From NCBI GenBank assembly GCA_012295275.1, contig CM022666.1:12214001-12278000 (forward strand): a stretch of DNA of 64,000 bases, written 5' to 3'. This DNA is from Chrysomallon squamiferum. Taxonomy: Eukaryota > Animalia > Mollusca. A program made the position numbers and the translations under genes. Under the pieces are notes generated by a model. It was not told the origin of the DNA. It ran no database searches and saw nothing but the letters and a program-made list of their open reading frames with translations. Each line of letters starts with the position of its first letter. Position 1 is the stretch's first letter. Below are positions 26,208 to 47,200 of the stretch, piece after piece.

Positions 26208-28885
26208 CGTGTAAAAATTAACTCAAATCATCTTAAGGTGTACTGTTGTGTTGTGTAAAAGGTTTTTTTTAGTATTTCTAACATGATTATTGTGTTGCCT
26301 CAAATTACTTCCTAATTTGATCAAGAAGAGTGATATTTGAAACACGTCTTCTGTTTTTGGTTAAACTGTTCATTTACGCTTATGGGATAGCTCTACAGAT
26401 TTAAACCCTTCTTTATTTTCCTCATAAATATTTATTTACTATTATATATATTTTTTGCTTACTCATTCGTCTTAAATCCACGAAATAAACAATAATTACA
26501 ATGTCTATGTGGATGTGTTGGTGTGCGTGTGCGTGGATGCTGAGATACAGAGATAAATAGATGGATAAATTTGTGCATACACACGTCCATATAATATTGA
26601 TATACATGAACAGAGAATGAATGTTTTTATTTTGTGTTGATACTGAAGGCTTTTATTAATATTTGAACAAGTAATGTAACAACAATTTTCTGCCAATAAA
26701 GTGTATAGCTATAGCTCAGCAACTGTTATGCATGAAGTGAGGGTAGGTACAGTAATTAGTGAATGTCAACCAGCATCTCAATACAGAATCTTGACATAAA
26801 ACATGGTACAGATACAGTTTGAAGATCTGTCACACCGAGGACGCACAAAGCCATTTGCACTGAAAGAAAATAATAAAAAATAACAATTGATTCCTCTTGT
26901 TATTCCTCTTTACCTCATGCACAAGAAACTATAATAAAGGACAGTAAATGTATCTAAATTTTAATATCTTTCATCTATACTGTACATTAAAACCTAAAAT
27001 AGAATAGTTGTTCATCCATTCATTCTTTTTCTTACAACAAGGTCAGACTTTGTACCAGCTGTTTGTTATTTAAATTGTTATCTGAACTGTTCCCCGTTCT
27101 GTTATAAATACAAGAGGTGTGGCAGCCTACTCGTGTCACTGTTGGTGTGCATGGCAGTTAACTTGTATGCAGGTGTATTTTTCATAAACTGTTTTCATAA
27201 ATAAGCCTAATTTACCTTATTATTGTAGCTTATGAGAAAAAATACATTGCCATTTATCTTTATTTTCATATACAGGCTTCAGTCCAGAGCATTGTAGACT
27301 ATTTCATACAATGCACATTTCACTTTTTGGTTGTTTGTCTCACTTTCCATCAATGTACATCTTTTTTTCTGTTTATATCTGGATTCTTACTGCACTCTAA
27401 GTTAATTGAAGTCATATTAATCATCATTTAATCCTCCTAATTGAACATCTTTCACTATGTACACCAGTTATATTCTGTACAACGTGGTAGACTGCCTGTG
27501 TGTATATTTTCATTTATCTTCACCCATATATAGTTTGATTGTTTAATTATTTTTCACTTATCTAATTTTCCTCCATTCAGTTTTTTCTATATGTAGCCAG
27601 AATTTCAGATTATTTTAAATCACGACATTGTTGTTTATCTCTTTGATTGCGTTTTCATAAATATGTAACAGATTTCAGTTTGTATCCCCATGTCATTGAT
27701 TCCTGAATGAATATATACAGTAATTTACCTTTTTAAAAATATTTTATTTATTTTATTTTTTTTTATTTTTATTTTTTTTATATTTTTTAGAATTATTTCG
27801 ATTTAAACCACAGATTTAGCAATATAATGTTAAGTCTGTGACTTATGATCTAAATTGGATTCAGCATTATCTCTAATCTGTTTCTAATATTTAACACCTA
27901 TATGTTGATTCAGTGTAATCAATTTCTAAAATTCAAAGTATAAATTGGATTCAACAGTGTATCGAATCTGATTCTAAGACTTAAGGTCTAAACTGGATTC
28001 AGTAATGTATATAATCTTAATTCTAAGCTTGTCTAACTGTGGATTCAGCAATAAATCAGATTTCTGAGATTTAATATCTAGTCTGGATTCAGTAATATAT
28101 CAGATTTCATTTCTAAGATTTAACGTCTAGACTGGACTTAGCAGTGCGTTTAATCTTTTTTCTAATCTGGATTCTTCTTATTCTAATATTTAATATCCAA
28201 ACTTGATTCAGCAATGTACCTAAATACTTAACTTGTGTGTACATGCATTTGTATGCATATTTTGTAATATTTTCACAATAAAAAACGTTACATTGGTTAA
28301 GCATTTTCTTTATACTTCTTTTTTTGACTCAGTTGTAAATTAATCAGAGCTATCTGAAAATAATTTTTTAGGAGTTTCAAGATGATTCTGATTTGTTTTC
28401 TTACTTAAAAGTAGACAGACAAGGCAGGAGTGTGTGTGTATGCGTCCGTGCACGAGAGATTTAATAGAACAGCTGCTGCAGCTCAGGTTAAAACAAATAA
28501 TTACACAGTCTACAAAGATTTTTTGCACGGTTCAAGAATTGTGCTTGTGAATTGGCAAGTAGTATGAGTATTTAAAGGAACAAAGTATACAGTTATAATA
28601 AAAATACTCCATTTAATGTAATAGAATACTTGTAATTAAATAACAGTGAATTGATTAATTTCTCGTTCCAACACTTGTCCCAGGTATTATAAACAGATTA
28701 GCGCTATGAGTGGAGGCATCAACATCCTTGTATTAAAAAAAATATATATATTTGACATTTAATAATCGAGATTATGGAAAGGAGCTGAATTATCTGAATG
28801 ATATAGTTTCAAAAGGTCATAGGAGGAGATTAATAAATAAACAATACAAACAAACAAACAAACAAATATACTTACAGCAGCAGTG

Positions 28886-31093
<2,208 letters not shown>

Positions 31094-31497
31094 CAGCACA
31101 TTTCAAACTGACTGCGTAAAGAAGGAAATAGCAATAAAAAATTAGCTTTAGTTATACTGGTTGTATTATGAAGTATTATTATCTTATCAGTGTTTTAGCT
31201 AACTGATATTATTATCTTTAAGTATTGAAAGATATCAGTCTTTAACTTTAAACTAACTGGCTATGTTAAATGTATAATTATTTTGAAGTGTTGAACTATA
31301 TCGCTGTTTAACTTTAGCGTAACTGATATTATTATGAAGTTTTACTATCTTTGCCTGTTGAAATACATTACTGTTTAGCATACAAATCATTTTTTACATT
31401 TGTTAGACTAGCTGTATTATCAAGTATTACTCTCTTCAAGGGTTCAAATATATCTTTATTATATACAATGTGTTACTATTATCATGAAATAATATTC

Positions 31498-31536
<39 letters not shown>

Positions 31537-31805
31537 TGCAACAACAATATTAATAACGACGACAAAACTACAACAACAGTAACAACAACGACAAAATTAC
31601 AACAACAGCTACATAAGCGCTACCTACAGTAACAACACTGAAAAACAGGTCACTGACACATCAACATGTTTCATATCTAACGAGGCAACGACGACGATGG
31701 TTAAGACAAAGAGACAGCAAGAGAGAGAAACAGAAATACAGCAACAAAATAACAACAACTACAGCAACAACAACAATAATAGCTGTAGTACCAGTAGTCA
31801 TCATC

Positions 31806-31836
<31 letters not shown>

Positions 31837-32424
31837 CATAATAAAGTTGTACTGACGTCATAGTCCTACCAATACTAATAATAATAACAATAACTTAATA
31901 CAGTTTTATTAAACTCGTAGTACTACTGGTAGTAACAATAATAATAACTTATTGAAGTTTTACTGAAGTCATTATTGTAGGTGTAGTTTTAACTCTTTTT
32001 TTTTATAAATATTAGCATCACAGTAACATTTCTTACCTTTCCGTTCGATCTACTATGCTTATGTTAAAAAGTGCGTGCCAGTGAACACAACAGTTTAAGA
32101 TAGAATCAAACAAATAGCTGAACAGAATACTCTAGAGGGTGCAGCTAGCGCTAGGTGGAAAGCGATCACCTTGCTTTTATTTGAATGATTGTATTACATT
32201 ACATTGTAACGTTGTGGGATATATATATATATATAATAATAATAGCAATAATAATAACAACAAAAAAACAGCATACAAACTAAATAAATAAGCATTTGCT
32301 ATAAAAAAAAACTATTTTAAAAACAGATAAATGAGGTTAAACAAAAACAAAATAATAATAATAATAATAAAAATAAAATAAAATCTAAAAACAAGTAATA
32401 AATAAGCTCGGAATATTTTAATAC

Positions 32425-32514
32425 CTTTAAAAATTGTGTCAAAACAGGAGCATGAGCAAGTCGTTCTGTTTACTGCTGGTTTGTTGGGAACCCACAGCAG
32501 ACGATAGAATATAC
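32425..32514 (-). pseudogene. Orphan duplicate of the 90-nt CxCxC exon of the 7-TM gene
   Basis: Encodes IFYRLLWVPNKPAVNRTTCSCSCFDTIFKG with intact AG and GT sites and flanking intron sequence. No partner exons lie adjacent. Confidence 0.8.
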
Positions 32515-33601
32515 CTGAAAAATGCATTTTAATACATACATCCTGCCAACATCTAATATAATTCCTAATGTAGTTGACATCGCCCTGTCTGTCAATTCTT
32601 TTTAGTACGATTACTGATTTGTCAAGTTAGCTCGGATTAGGTAATATACATTTACATGCACTCAGACAGGTACATACATAATATATACAGGAGGGTGCAA
32701 AAGTAATTTACAATTATAAAAACAAGAACAATAATAAAAACAACAAAAAACAGCAATCACACTAAATAAATAAGCATTAACAATATATTATTTTATTTAT
32801 TAGAAAAAGAAAGTAGAAGAAAAAAGAGATAAGAAGTCACTGTGAACAGCACGTCACCCGTGTCTATGTCACGCTGACTTTTAAATATTACTAGGTCACG
32901 GTAAGAGGATTTTACTGAGTACACCGAGGACAGATTGATATGTGTTCAGCATGTTACGGTTTTACAAGGGCTTGAAAAAAGTATTTTTCTAAGTTGTTTT
33001 TGGATTAAAGATATAATACTGTATTTATTACAATATTTTGTACATTCGCTGTTGTAATCAGTAACTGTAAAAGTAGTAGTAGTAGTAGTTGTCGTTGCTG
33101 TTATTGTCACGGTAATAGCAGTTACACAGCAGATAATACTGAATATGTAAATACCAGTAAGTAATTAAAACATGCACAATTTAAAATAAATAGCTAGTAC
33201 ATTATTAAAAAGTTAGATACATTCAAATTACGATTTTAATGGTTTATCATATTGTTCATAAATACAAAGATTTAACTTTCATTTGAACGACAGTATATTT
33301 GTCATGTCACATTTAGTCTAATAAGTAAATAAATAACTTGCAAACGTCAAGGTATAATATGTGTTTGAAAGACGATTATGCTTGTCATAATCATATTTTG
33401 TCACATAACTGAATAGGTAAGTAAAACGAAACTACAATATAAAACATGCCTAGTTTAAAGATTTAACCTGCATGAACCACGATTGTTGTCATATTACTAC
33501 TGTAAGTGGTACATAAAAGATAGGACTATTATACTTAATAACATAAAACTACACGGCATGAGCCCATGTAGATACATAACATATTTCATAGGTCATTAGA
33601 C

Positions 33602-33651
<50 letters not shown>

Positions 33652-33916
33652 CTATAGTAAATTGTATTTGGGTTTTTTTGTTTTGTTTTGCTTTGTTTTT
33701 CTGGAGAGCTGAAGTTTTCTAGGTTATCTCTCTCATTTTTTCTTAAATACCTAACAGATTTCAGTTTGTATCCCATGTCATTGATTCCTCAGTGAATATA
33801 CACAGTAATTTATCTTTTCAAAAATATTTTATTTATTACATTTATTTTATTTTATTTTATTTATTATATTTATTTATTTTTATAGTTTTTTATAATTTTT
33901 TTTTTTTAAATTATTA

Positions 33917-33955
<39 letters not shown>

Positions 33956-35498
33956 TTTTTTTTTTTTTTTTTTTATTAATTTGTTTATTGTTATTATGAT
34001 TATTTTTTTTTATATTTATTTATTTGGACCTCATCCCAATATTAATAATTTTCTGTTTAGAAGTTCAGATGTACAAGCGTCAGAATATGGTAGGTAGGCC
34101 ATTACTCTATATAAAAATATTATTTAAACTTACAATTATTCATTAAGAGTTTATCAGAAGTATTATAGAGAATGAGAAATGTTTTTATTTTTATTTTACA
34201 ACTTAACTGTAAAACTCTTTCCTTTCTCGGGCAATGTCCCGCCTTCACTTTATTCAGATGTCATGGTAACCACTTTCCAGTTTACAGGAGAAGATGTCTT
34301 TTTGCTAATATGTGTTACAGCTGTTTACTGAGGGGTTGTGTGTGTTTTTGTTTAACAAAATCATCAGTGGTGTGGAATGTGTCATATTGAAAGCATTACA
34401 GAGAATTTACCCTCCAACTAGGTATCGCAGATTTAGCAGTGTAATGTTATTTCTATGATTTATCATCTAAATTGGATTCAACATTATGTCTAATCTGTTT
34501 CTAATATTTAATATCTAAATGTTGATTCAGTGTCATCAGATTTCTAAAATTTAAAGATTAAATTGGATTCAACAGTGTATCTAATCTGATTCTAAGACTT
34601 AAGGTCTAAACTGGATTCAGTAATGTATATATCTGAATCCTAAGATTGTCTAACTGTGGATTCAGTAATATATCAGATTTCATTTCTAAGATTTAACGTC
34701 TAGACTGGACTTAGCAGTGCGTTTAATCTTTTTTCTAATCTGGATTCAGCAATGTATCAAATATTATTTCCAATATTTAATACCTAAACTGGAGTCATCA
34801 ATGTACTAATATTCTTATAATATTTAATATCCAAACTGGATTTAGCACTCTGTCAAATATTATTTTTAATATTTAATACCGAGACTGGATTCAGTAATGT
34901 ACCTGATATTATTTCTAATATTTAATATCCAAATTAGATTCAGCACTTTGTCGTATATTATTACTAAAATTAAAATATTTAAACTAGATTCAGTAATGTA
35001 ATAATTTACTAACTTGCTAATACATTTTTTCTACATACAGTTGTGAAGTGTTAAGTTCATTTGCGACAGTTACAATTATTTTGTAATATCAGATCTCCTA
35101 TATTTGATGGTCTCACGTTAAATATTTAATTTGTGTGTACATGTATTTATATGAAAACTGTATTTGTGAACTGGCATGTAGTATGAGTATTTAAAAGAAC
35201 AGTGTATACAGTGTTATAAGAAAAATACATCATTTAATGCAATGTAATAACTAAAATAAAAGTGAATTGATTATTTTCCCGTTCCAACACTTGTCTCGGG
35301 TTTTATAAACAGAGTAGCGCTATGAGTGGAGGCATCAACATCCTTGTATTAAAAAAAAATGAAGGTATTTGACATTTGATAATCGAGATTATGGAAAAGA
35401 GCTGAATTATCTGAATGATATAGTTTCAAAAGGTCATAGGAGGAGATTAATAAATAAACAATACAAACAAACAAACAAATATATTTACAGCAGCAGGG

Positions 35499-36166
<668 letters not shown>

Positions 36167-36216
36167 CTGCAAAATAATGTCAAAATATGTGTATATCAGT
36201 GTAGTGTGTCTGTGTG

Positions 36217-36331
<115 letters not shown>

Positions 36332-37391
36332 ACAATATAACAAAATATATATAATCATGAGTAAATTGGAACACAGAAAAGAAATTAACGAAATTCAAAA
36401 TAGATAGATGAATCATAAAATCAAAAGGAAAACAGTTTGTATAAAGTTTTGCTACAATTAAGTGTTGAAATACATTACAAATGTCACATTAGTCTTAAAC
36501 TTTAGTTATAATACTATTATGAAGCGTTATTATCTTGCGCTGTTGAAATATATCAGTCTTTAAAGTAACTGATATAATTATAAACGTTTACTATCTTTAC
36601 CTGTTGAAATACATTACTGTTTAACATACACATAATATTTAACATTTGTTATACTAGGTGCATTATCAAGTATTACTATCTTCAAGTGTTGAAACATATC
36701 TTTATTATATACAATGTATTAATATTATCATGAAATATGAAATAATATTTTAACCCTTTATCTTCACAATAATAATAATAGAAATAATTGTAACAATAAT
36801 GATGATGGTGATGATGATATCATTACTGCAGCTGTCAGAAATATATGATAGTCATCATGTATAACTATGTAAACATCACTGAAAATAAGCTGCTTTGTAA
36901 AACGTATGTGTATCCTTTAACACTGTTATCTATCCTTATATTTCATTCTGCTGCCAAACGCTTTGACAGTAGAACGCTATGCATTGAATAATAAATAATA
37001 ACTGCCGTGTCGTTGATTAAGACATCAAGCCAGAACAGTTTAAATACGTATCCTGTACGGCGGATTCCCGTGAACAAGTAATTTCCTTTTGCTTCATTAA
37101 GTTTATTAGTAATCAGTACTTACACAGTACCTTGCACACTACAACACGTTATATAGGGGAAACGACGAGGCGTGACAAAACGCAGGGTCAGTCCACGTGA
37201 GTTCATCTGTTACGTTCTTCCCTGCTCTGACTGCAGCTCCTGTCAGTGGATAATCACTTAAAAGAATGATTCGGTATCGATCGCTGAATTTAATTCACCA
37301 AGTGATCACATCGGGTATTCTTTATAATTATCATCGCCATAATGCAAACCAAAAGCAACAACGGCAGAAGCAACAACAACAACAACAACAA

Positions 37392-37442
<51 letters not shown>

Positions 37443-37935
37443 TTAAAAATAAATAAATAAATAAATAAAAATATAACGTTCTTGATAACTAATCACCAGT
37501 GATATAACGTTCAAATCACTGAATAATATATTAATTTATAATGTAACATTTTTCTGTTTACTCAAAATAATTTACACAATAGGTTAGTAGAATAATATAA
37601 ACCATCTAATATAATTATATATAAACGTGGCTAAAACCTATTATACACTGCAACACACTGTATGTGAAGAAGTGTTTCTTTGCGACGAACCTTACGGGGA
37701 GACAGCATGTTTAAGATACGGGCAGTGAAACTGGTAGAATACTGGATCTAATCCAGACTGTCCTTTACCCAGAAGTAGCATTCTTTCCTCTAAATCAGCT
37801 TCTACCATAGCTATCGAAAGACAGTTGTGTCTGATTTTAGGTGAGAGATAACTCACTTTGTTTCATCAAGCGTTGAGAGTTGTCGTTCGTCCATAATGTG
37901 GAATAATAGTCTTGAAATCGATAAACACAAAATAA

Positions 37936-37968
<33 letters not shown>

Positions 37969-39846
37969 CAAAGATAAAAAATATAAAAAAGAAATAAAGA
38001 AAAAAGAAAAACCAAAACTAAAAAGACTAACACAATACAGAAAGGCTTTTTGCTTTATTTAGTTATGGACCAAACAATTTTTAAATTAAAATAAATTTAG
38101 AAAAAACAAAATAAAAGAAAAAAGTTAAACCCTAAAATAGTATTATTTAGGACTCAGTTTTTATAATTATAAAACAAAATAAACACACACACACACACAC
38201 AGACACACGCATACACTGACACCCACCTACTCAAAAACCCTTGAAAAAAAACCCAAAAACGACAACAAATCTTTGGGAATATTAATTTATATTTTATTTT
38301 ATTTTATTCATAGGTAAGTTATGGCAAAAATATAAAGAATGAATTAAAACAGCAAAATATACATCCTAACGTAGATACATGTCATAAAACCAGTGCAAAA
38401 CATAACTGAAACCTCATGATTAGGAAACTGTTGTAGAAAACATTTACATTATCAGAATACCATAGAACCACCATAAACCACCATAATTAAAGGAAAAAAA
38501 AAAAAAAAAAAAATTAATAGAAAATAAATGACACAAAAAAAGACAAAACAACAACAAATTAGGAACATTCCATGTCAAATCACCTAATGGATTTAACACA
38601 ATGTCATTTATTTTTATTTTTTATTTTTTTTTCTTCTGACATTTGGTATGTTCGGTGGTCCTGATATAACGAGTTCAACTCTTAAATATTAGCTCAGTCA
38701 GATCGGTAGTTTTTGAAATATTGGCCTTCGAATTTAATGCTATTACGGCCAAAATTGACTCGATTTGGATGATACAAGCTAAAAGTCCATTTTAACATCC
38801 TAATGCCTTAATGTATAGACTTTATGTAATTTGAGTGCATTGTTGTAACATGGCTATAGTATTTTATATCAACTATTTTCACATAATGCAAATTAAAATG
38901 GGCAAGATAACAGCTCCTAGAACGAGTTCAGATAAAGTGACGACGTTAAAATAACTGGACTGCGTTAACAGCGGTCACTGTGACATTTTAAGTGCTCCAG
39001 ACTCTGTAAATGAACTAATGAAGTTAAATACTAAAAGTTTCTTTTGAGAAATATTGCTGCCAAATAACTTTGTGTCCTGTTTTTTGGTGATGATGTTCTA
39101 CAAATGTACTTGCTTTAAAATGCCTGTATACCTATTTTAATTTGTAGGATCGCAAGTATTTGTTATAAAATGCGTTCAGTGCTGTAGCAATGTCACAGTG
39201 CACTAGAGTACGTAATTAAGTAATTATTGCAGTCTAATAAATTTGTATACAATAAAGCATTAGAAGTGTCAAGAGGACATTTTATGGTCAACTGTGTCCA
39301 CTTTAATTGTATTCTATTTCCACATTACAAATATTATCTGTTGTAGGTAATATCTTTGGGTGTAATTTATAGCCAAAACATCAAACAAAAGATATAAAGT
39401 TTACCAAAATATAATAATCATCTATCAAGAAAATAATGAAAGTTTTGGAATCCTTATCAAATTACCTTTCGAGTGACACCACTTTCATCAAAATCATGCT
39501 CTGGTTACGAAGATAACAGTGCCTAAAGTGTGGCGGTCACGCCCATTTTTCTCCTAAACTAGTCGTCTAATTGAGCTAATATTTGAAATTTGGGCTAGTT
39601 AAGACACATATTTGAGTAGAATCTAAGATGGTAAGTTTAATTTTTACTTTTGGGCGGCTGGGCTTCTCCTTTGACCCAGTACGATTCTGTTTTAATTTTC
39701 GTTTAGTACCAGTGCATTGAAAAACCGACTCGGAGAGAACAAGATAGAGATTTACTGACACATTAAAAGAACTTATCACATAAGATGGTTAATCACGAGT
39801 TTCTTCTAATATCTCTGTTCATTAAGGTATTTAGCAGCGGATGACG

Positions 39847-42158
<2,312 letters not shown>

Positions 42159-42924
42159 GTTAACTTTCCAACACTCTAACAGTTTTACACAGAGTGATAT
42201 GCTCGGACTGTTAACCGTACAGTCACTCAAACCACACTGAACAGAAAATTGCTGTTCTTGGGTGAAACTAGATTTTTATATTGATATAAAACAGACAGCA
42301 TTTAACAACGATAGTTTGTATATTGTCATCTAATAGATTTTTTTTAACTGATGCACTCTATGCCACAGAGAAATATCAGGTAGCTTGAAAAGAAAGAAAT
42401 TGTGTTTACGCCGATACTGTTTATTGATTCTATAAGTTATTCTTTTCAAATTCTAACAAAAATTAATAAATATTGATTCTTAGCTGCTTCATGGATGGAC
42501 TGTGTCATTTGAAAATCGAAACGAAAATCGTAATTTAAATGACTATCAAATTCCATGTATTTGAGATCAAACAGAAACTACTAACATATATATAAGGGCT
42601 GGATATTTGCTGGATAAAATAATATTAAATGTTTAATGTCTGTCTATCGACCTTTCCTCTTTGTCAAACTGATACATAAAGAAATACTCGGATGTTTTAT
42701 TGTCGGGATATAATTATTTCTGTTAATGGGTTTAATATTCTGAATAACAAAAACACGATGTTTAATGCAGAGAAAGAGGATCTCAACAACACTCATAGTA
42801 ATATCCAGCACACCTTATCTGCATTTCTTATAGCACACACACACACACAGAGACACACAGACACACAGACACACACAGACACACAGACACACACGCCACA
42901 CAGAGACACATATCTATCTATCTA

Positions 42925-42983
<59 letters not shown>

Positions 42984-44206
42984 GCGCGCGCGCGTATATA
43001 GATAGGTAGATATACATAAACAAGTGTATACATACATACATACGTATTATGTAAATTCATGCATACATACACACATCCTACCTATACCTATATGATACAT
43101 ACATATATATGTAGAATAATGCATAGTCATTTTCGTTTTGAATCGTTTTGCTGTGTCTTTTTGAAAGTCTGTCTAAACAATGTTGTGTGTGCATTTATGT
43201 TTGCCTGTATGGATTCTGTCTGGATATGTATGTGTCTGTTTGTCCATTTGTCTATGTTGTAAAGTTTATATATGTCTGTTATTAGTTCACGAAGTCTCTA
43301 CGGCTACATTTTTTTCAATAATAAACTATGGTTGGTTATTTAGCCTTTTCTACTCATTCATGTGTGTATGTGTGTACTTATATATATAAATATATATATA
43401 TATATAATGATAATTTAATCGAATACACACAAAATGCGACATAATATTCTATCAAAGTTTTATTTGACGAAGATCCAGCTCTGTTTTAGTCGGTTTCCGT
43501 TTTGTTCGGAAATTTATAAATATGACGACAACAATTGCAACAACGTCACTCGCTGTTTGCTAGATAAGTGGAAGGTCGTGGATTTTGGTGAACTCGTAAA
43601 ATAATTTGAAATATGCTGCTACGATCGGACACTGTCGGTCAGTAAATAAAATTTAATTCTATTTTTATTTGTTTGTCAGGTCATTTGTCAACTTGGCATC
43701 AAGATTCAGTGACTGGGTTTTCCGAAAACTAATCTATGGTTCTTGATCGGAAATTAATTTTCGAAATTGGTATTTATCAAACTGGGCATTAAGTTCTTTA
43801 ATAATCCGATCTATATTACGACTAAATCTGCGTCAAATTTAATTAACTTTTAAAATTATTCTAACACATTTCGGCTGATGCTTCTAAATTTAATATATAT
43901 TATTTTTAAATCTGAATAATTATTTTAAAAAGTGTACGACACAAAACAAATGTCATTTGTTAGGAATAGTTAAGAAATAGATAAACACATATACACAAAC
44001 ATACAGACACACACATAAAAGAACGAAACAAAACAAGAAACAAAACGAAGAAGCAAGAAAATAAGAAGAAAGGAAAAAGAAAGAAAAAAGAGAAGAGAAA
44101 GAAGGAAAATAAGAAAGAAAAAAGAAGAAATAAGAATAAAAAGAAACAAGAAAACAAGAATAAGAAGAAACAAGAAAAGAAGAAAAGAAGAAACACTTAA
44201 AGAAAA

Positions 44207-44278
<72 letters not shown>

Positions 44279-47200
44279 ATATTATTTGAATAAAACTTAT
44301 TTTTAAAATCATTCTGTCTTAGTTTTGTTTCTGCTTAGTAAATAATTGTTTTTGTTTTTATTTCTAACTTTCTATTAAAACTTTTGTAAACTTTAGATGA
44401 AATGAAATGAAATAAAAATGCTTTAATAAAGTATACTGTTGTTTGTTTTAACTATTTACTGTAAACATTAAATATAAAATAAAAACAATTTTAAAAAACA
44501 TTCTGTTGTTTGTTTTTACCATATTATGTAAACAATTAATTATTAAATGAAATAAAATTATTTTAAAAATGATTGCGTTTGTTTTTACTATTTTCTGTAA
44601 ACAAATAACTATTAAACGAAATAAATATATATTTGTTTTAAATTATTGTGTTTGTTGTTTCTTTGTAATATTCTCTGTAAACCTTATTAAACGAAATAAA
44701 AACGATTTTAAAAGTATTTTTTGTTTGTTTTTACTATTTTCTGTAATCATTTAACTGAAATAAAAATGATTTTAAAACAATACAGTTTTTGTTTTATTTA
44801 CAACTAATTTATTACTAACAATACTAACATTAGAAGTAGTTTAGATAGTAAGTTTTTATTATAATTGTTATTATGCTATTGAAAGAAAATGAACATTTTT
44901 ATTAATTATTCTTCACCATTGTAAATTGTTGTTATTATTAAATGTGCATTTCTTGTTTAAATGAACTGTATCTTAAATTCAGCGACAGTGAGTCACCTGG
45001 TGAGTGATGACACACCCACCTCAGAGTGGCTAATACAGGATTACTCATACTTGAAAATGAGTTATCCTGGGGGACTGTTCACCTCAGGTACAGAACATAA
45101 AACATCAGTGTTAAATTTGGTTTACAAATATCTAAATGATGTTTTAAATATATAATAACAGATGTAGTAAAAAAAAAAAAGGATGATAAACAAATAGTTT
45201 CTGTGTGTATAGTAATGTTTGATATTCTTTCTCATTAGTTTAAATATAATTAACACAACATCACTGGTTTCTGTGTTTCAGTAATTCATAAAGTGACATG
45301 AATAATATGACATATGGCAAAATTATGTTGTTGTTGGGTTTCTTAACTTCTTAACATTAATATTTAGTTTCCTTTTTTTTTCTGCTATCTCACTTTTTCC
45401 AAATTTTATTGCTTTCATATTTTAATAATGTTTAACTTTCTTTCTTTTCTTTTACTCATTTTCTTTATTTATTCTAAAACTAATTCTGTTACATTATTCA
45501 GGAAGTTTCTCTTTATCTGTCCACCTTTTTACACGAGAATTATTCACACTGTTTCAGTTCTTTTATCAAATTTGCTGAGCACATTATCTGAAAAGTAAAT
45601 ATAAAATTACACTAATCAGTAAATAAATAAACTAAAGCCGAAAATAACTATCTAACTAACTAACTAACTAAATAAATAAATAAATAAATAAATAAATGCC
45701 ATTCAGATTCCATGATAACTATAAAATGCCTGTTAGTTCTATTATTGTATTTAATATTATTATCGTGTGTGTGTGAACTATTGAATGATTACATCTCTCT
45801 TATGACGATTGTGTAAGAAGAACTTACAAAACAGCATTGCTATTCTCTAGAGCGAGGTTTATTCTAGCGATCAGTATTTGAATGATTGTTTTTTGAGCGA
45901 CTCTCCTTTCTAGCGATATGGTTTTGGAGCGTTATGTCTTAAACCGTTTTACAGACACGAGCTATAAACGTATAAAAAGCGGAAAATTAAAAGCAAGGTA
46001 CAAGTAAGGTAAAATTAAAAGGTACAGGTAATAGTTAAAAAAAGCAAGATGCAAATTGTTATATAAAATCACAAAGCTGACACCCATGTAGAGTTGTTTA
46101 AAAATTTATTAGAAATTATAAGACGTTAGAAAATCACCTCGGGGTTCTAAGATTTTTGTGTCAAGGGATCGAACCGCAGTGTGGTATCAGTCAAAATTGT
46201 CCATCATTGTTAAGGCTGGGACTGATTGTTTGGTTTATTTGAAGAAAAAAAAAAAAAAAATAGAAAGATAAATAAATAAATAAACAATACATAAACCATA
46301 ATGTGATATAAAAATACAAGATCTATATACAAACATACAAATGCACTCATACTGCTTTTTATGGATCGTCTCTTATTTTTCGGGCCTTATTTTTGTTATT
46401 ATCCCAGCCATTGTGGTTAGCTATGGTGTTTGCAGAACAAGGGAGGTAAAAATGAGTTTCTTCTTGAACGTAACATTTGTTATGCCTTTCAGCAGTCTGC
46501 ACGAGCCAAAACATATGCTTGAACATAAATAGATACATGCAAACACACGCACACATACACATACACACACATATTTAACTACATACATACATACCAACAG
46601 ACATACGGATATATACACGGAAATATACCTACAGAAACACACACACATGCACACACACACACAAACGCACACACATATACCTACATACATTCCAAGAGAC
46701 ATATAGATATTATACATACACGGAAATACACACACACAGACACACAAACACACATTTTCAAACACACAAGCACACACACACAAATATACATACCTGTTTA
46801 CGTACCTACCTATATATTTGTATATTTCTCCGAATTTAAATTCTGATCGTTACTCTTACTATAATTTTCTTAAACTAATATATAGCGACACGTGACTTGA
46901 TTTGTAACCATACTTTCAACAACTAATATGAGAAACAGCTGTCTCTTAACGTTGAATCAATACTTACAACTGATATCGAATATACAAAACTATTCTTTCT
47001 TTTTTGACAGTGTCTAAAATCATTATTGCTTCTAACAAGAACTTACAGTCACACTGATAACTGGATTTTGACTTTTGAATGAAAAAGCACAGAGAGATAT
47101 TGAGAGAGTAAGTTCTTAATACGTTTAATTAGTAAATGTTGTCAACATAATAGTTTTGGTTAATAGGACTTTGTTGTTATCAACAGTAATAGTTTTGGTA

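Noticed and set aside
38570-39600. Possible interspersed repeat or transposon relic
   Set aside because: The composition is repeat-like, but I could not define termini, a TSD or coding remnants.
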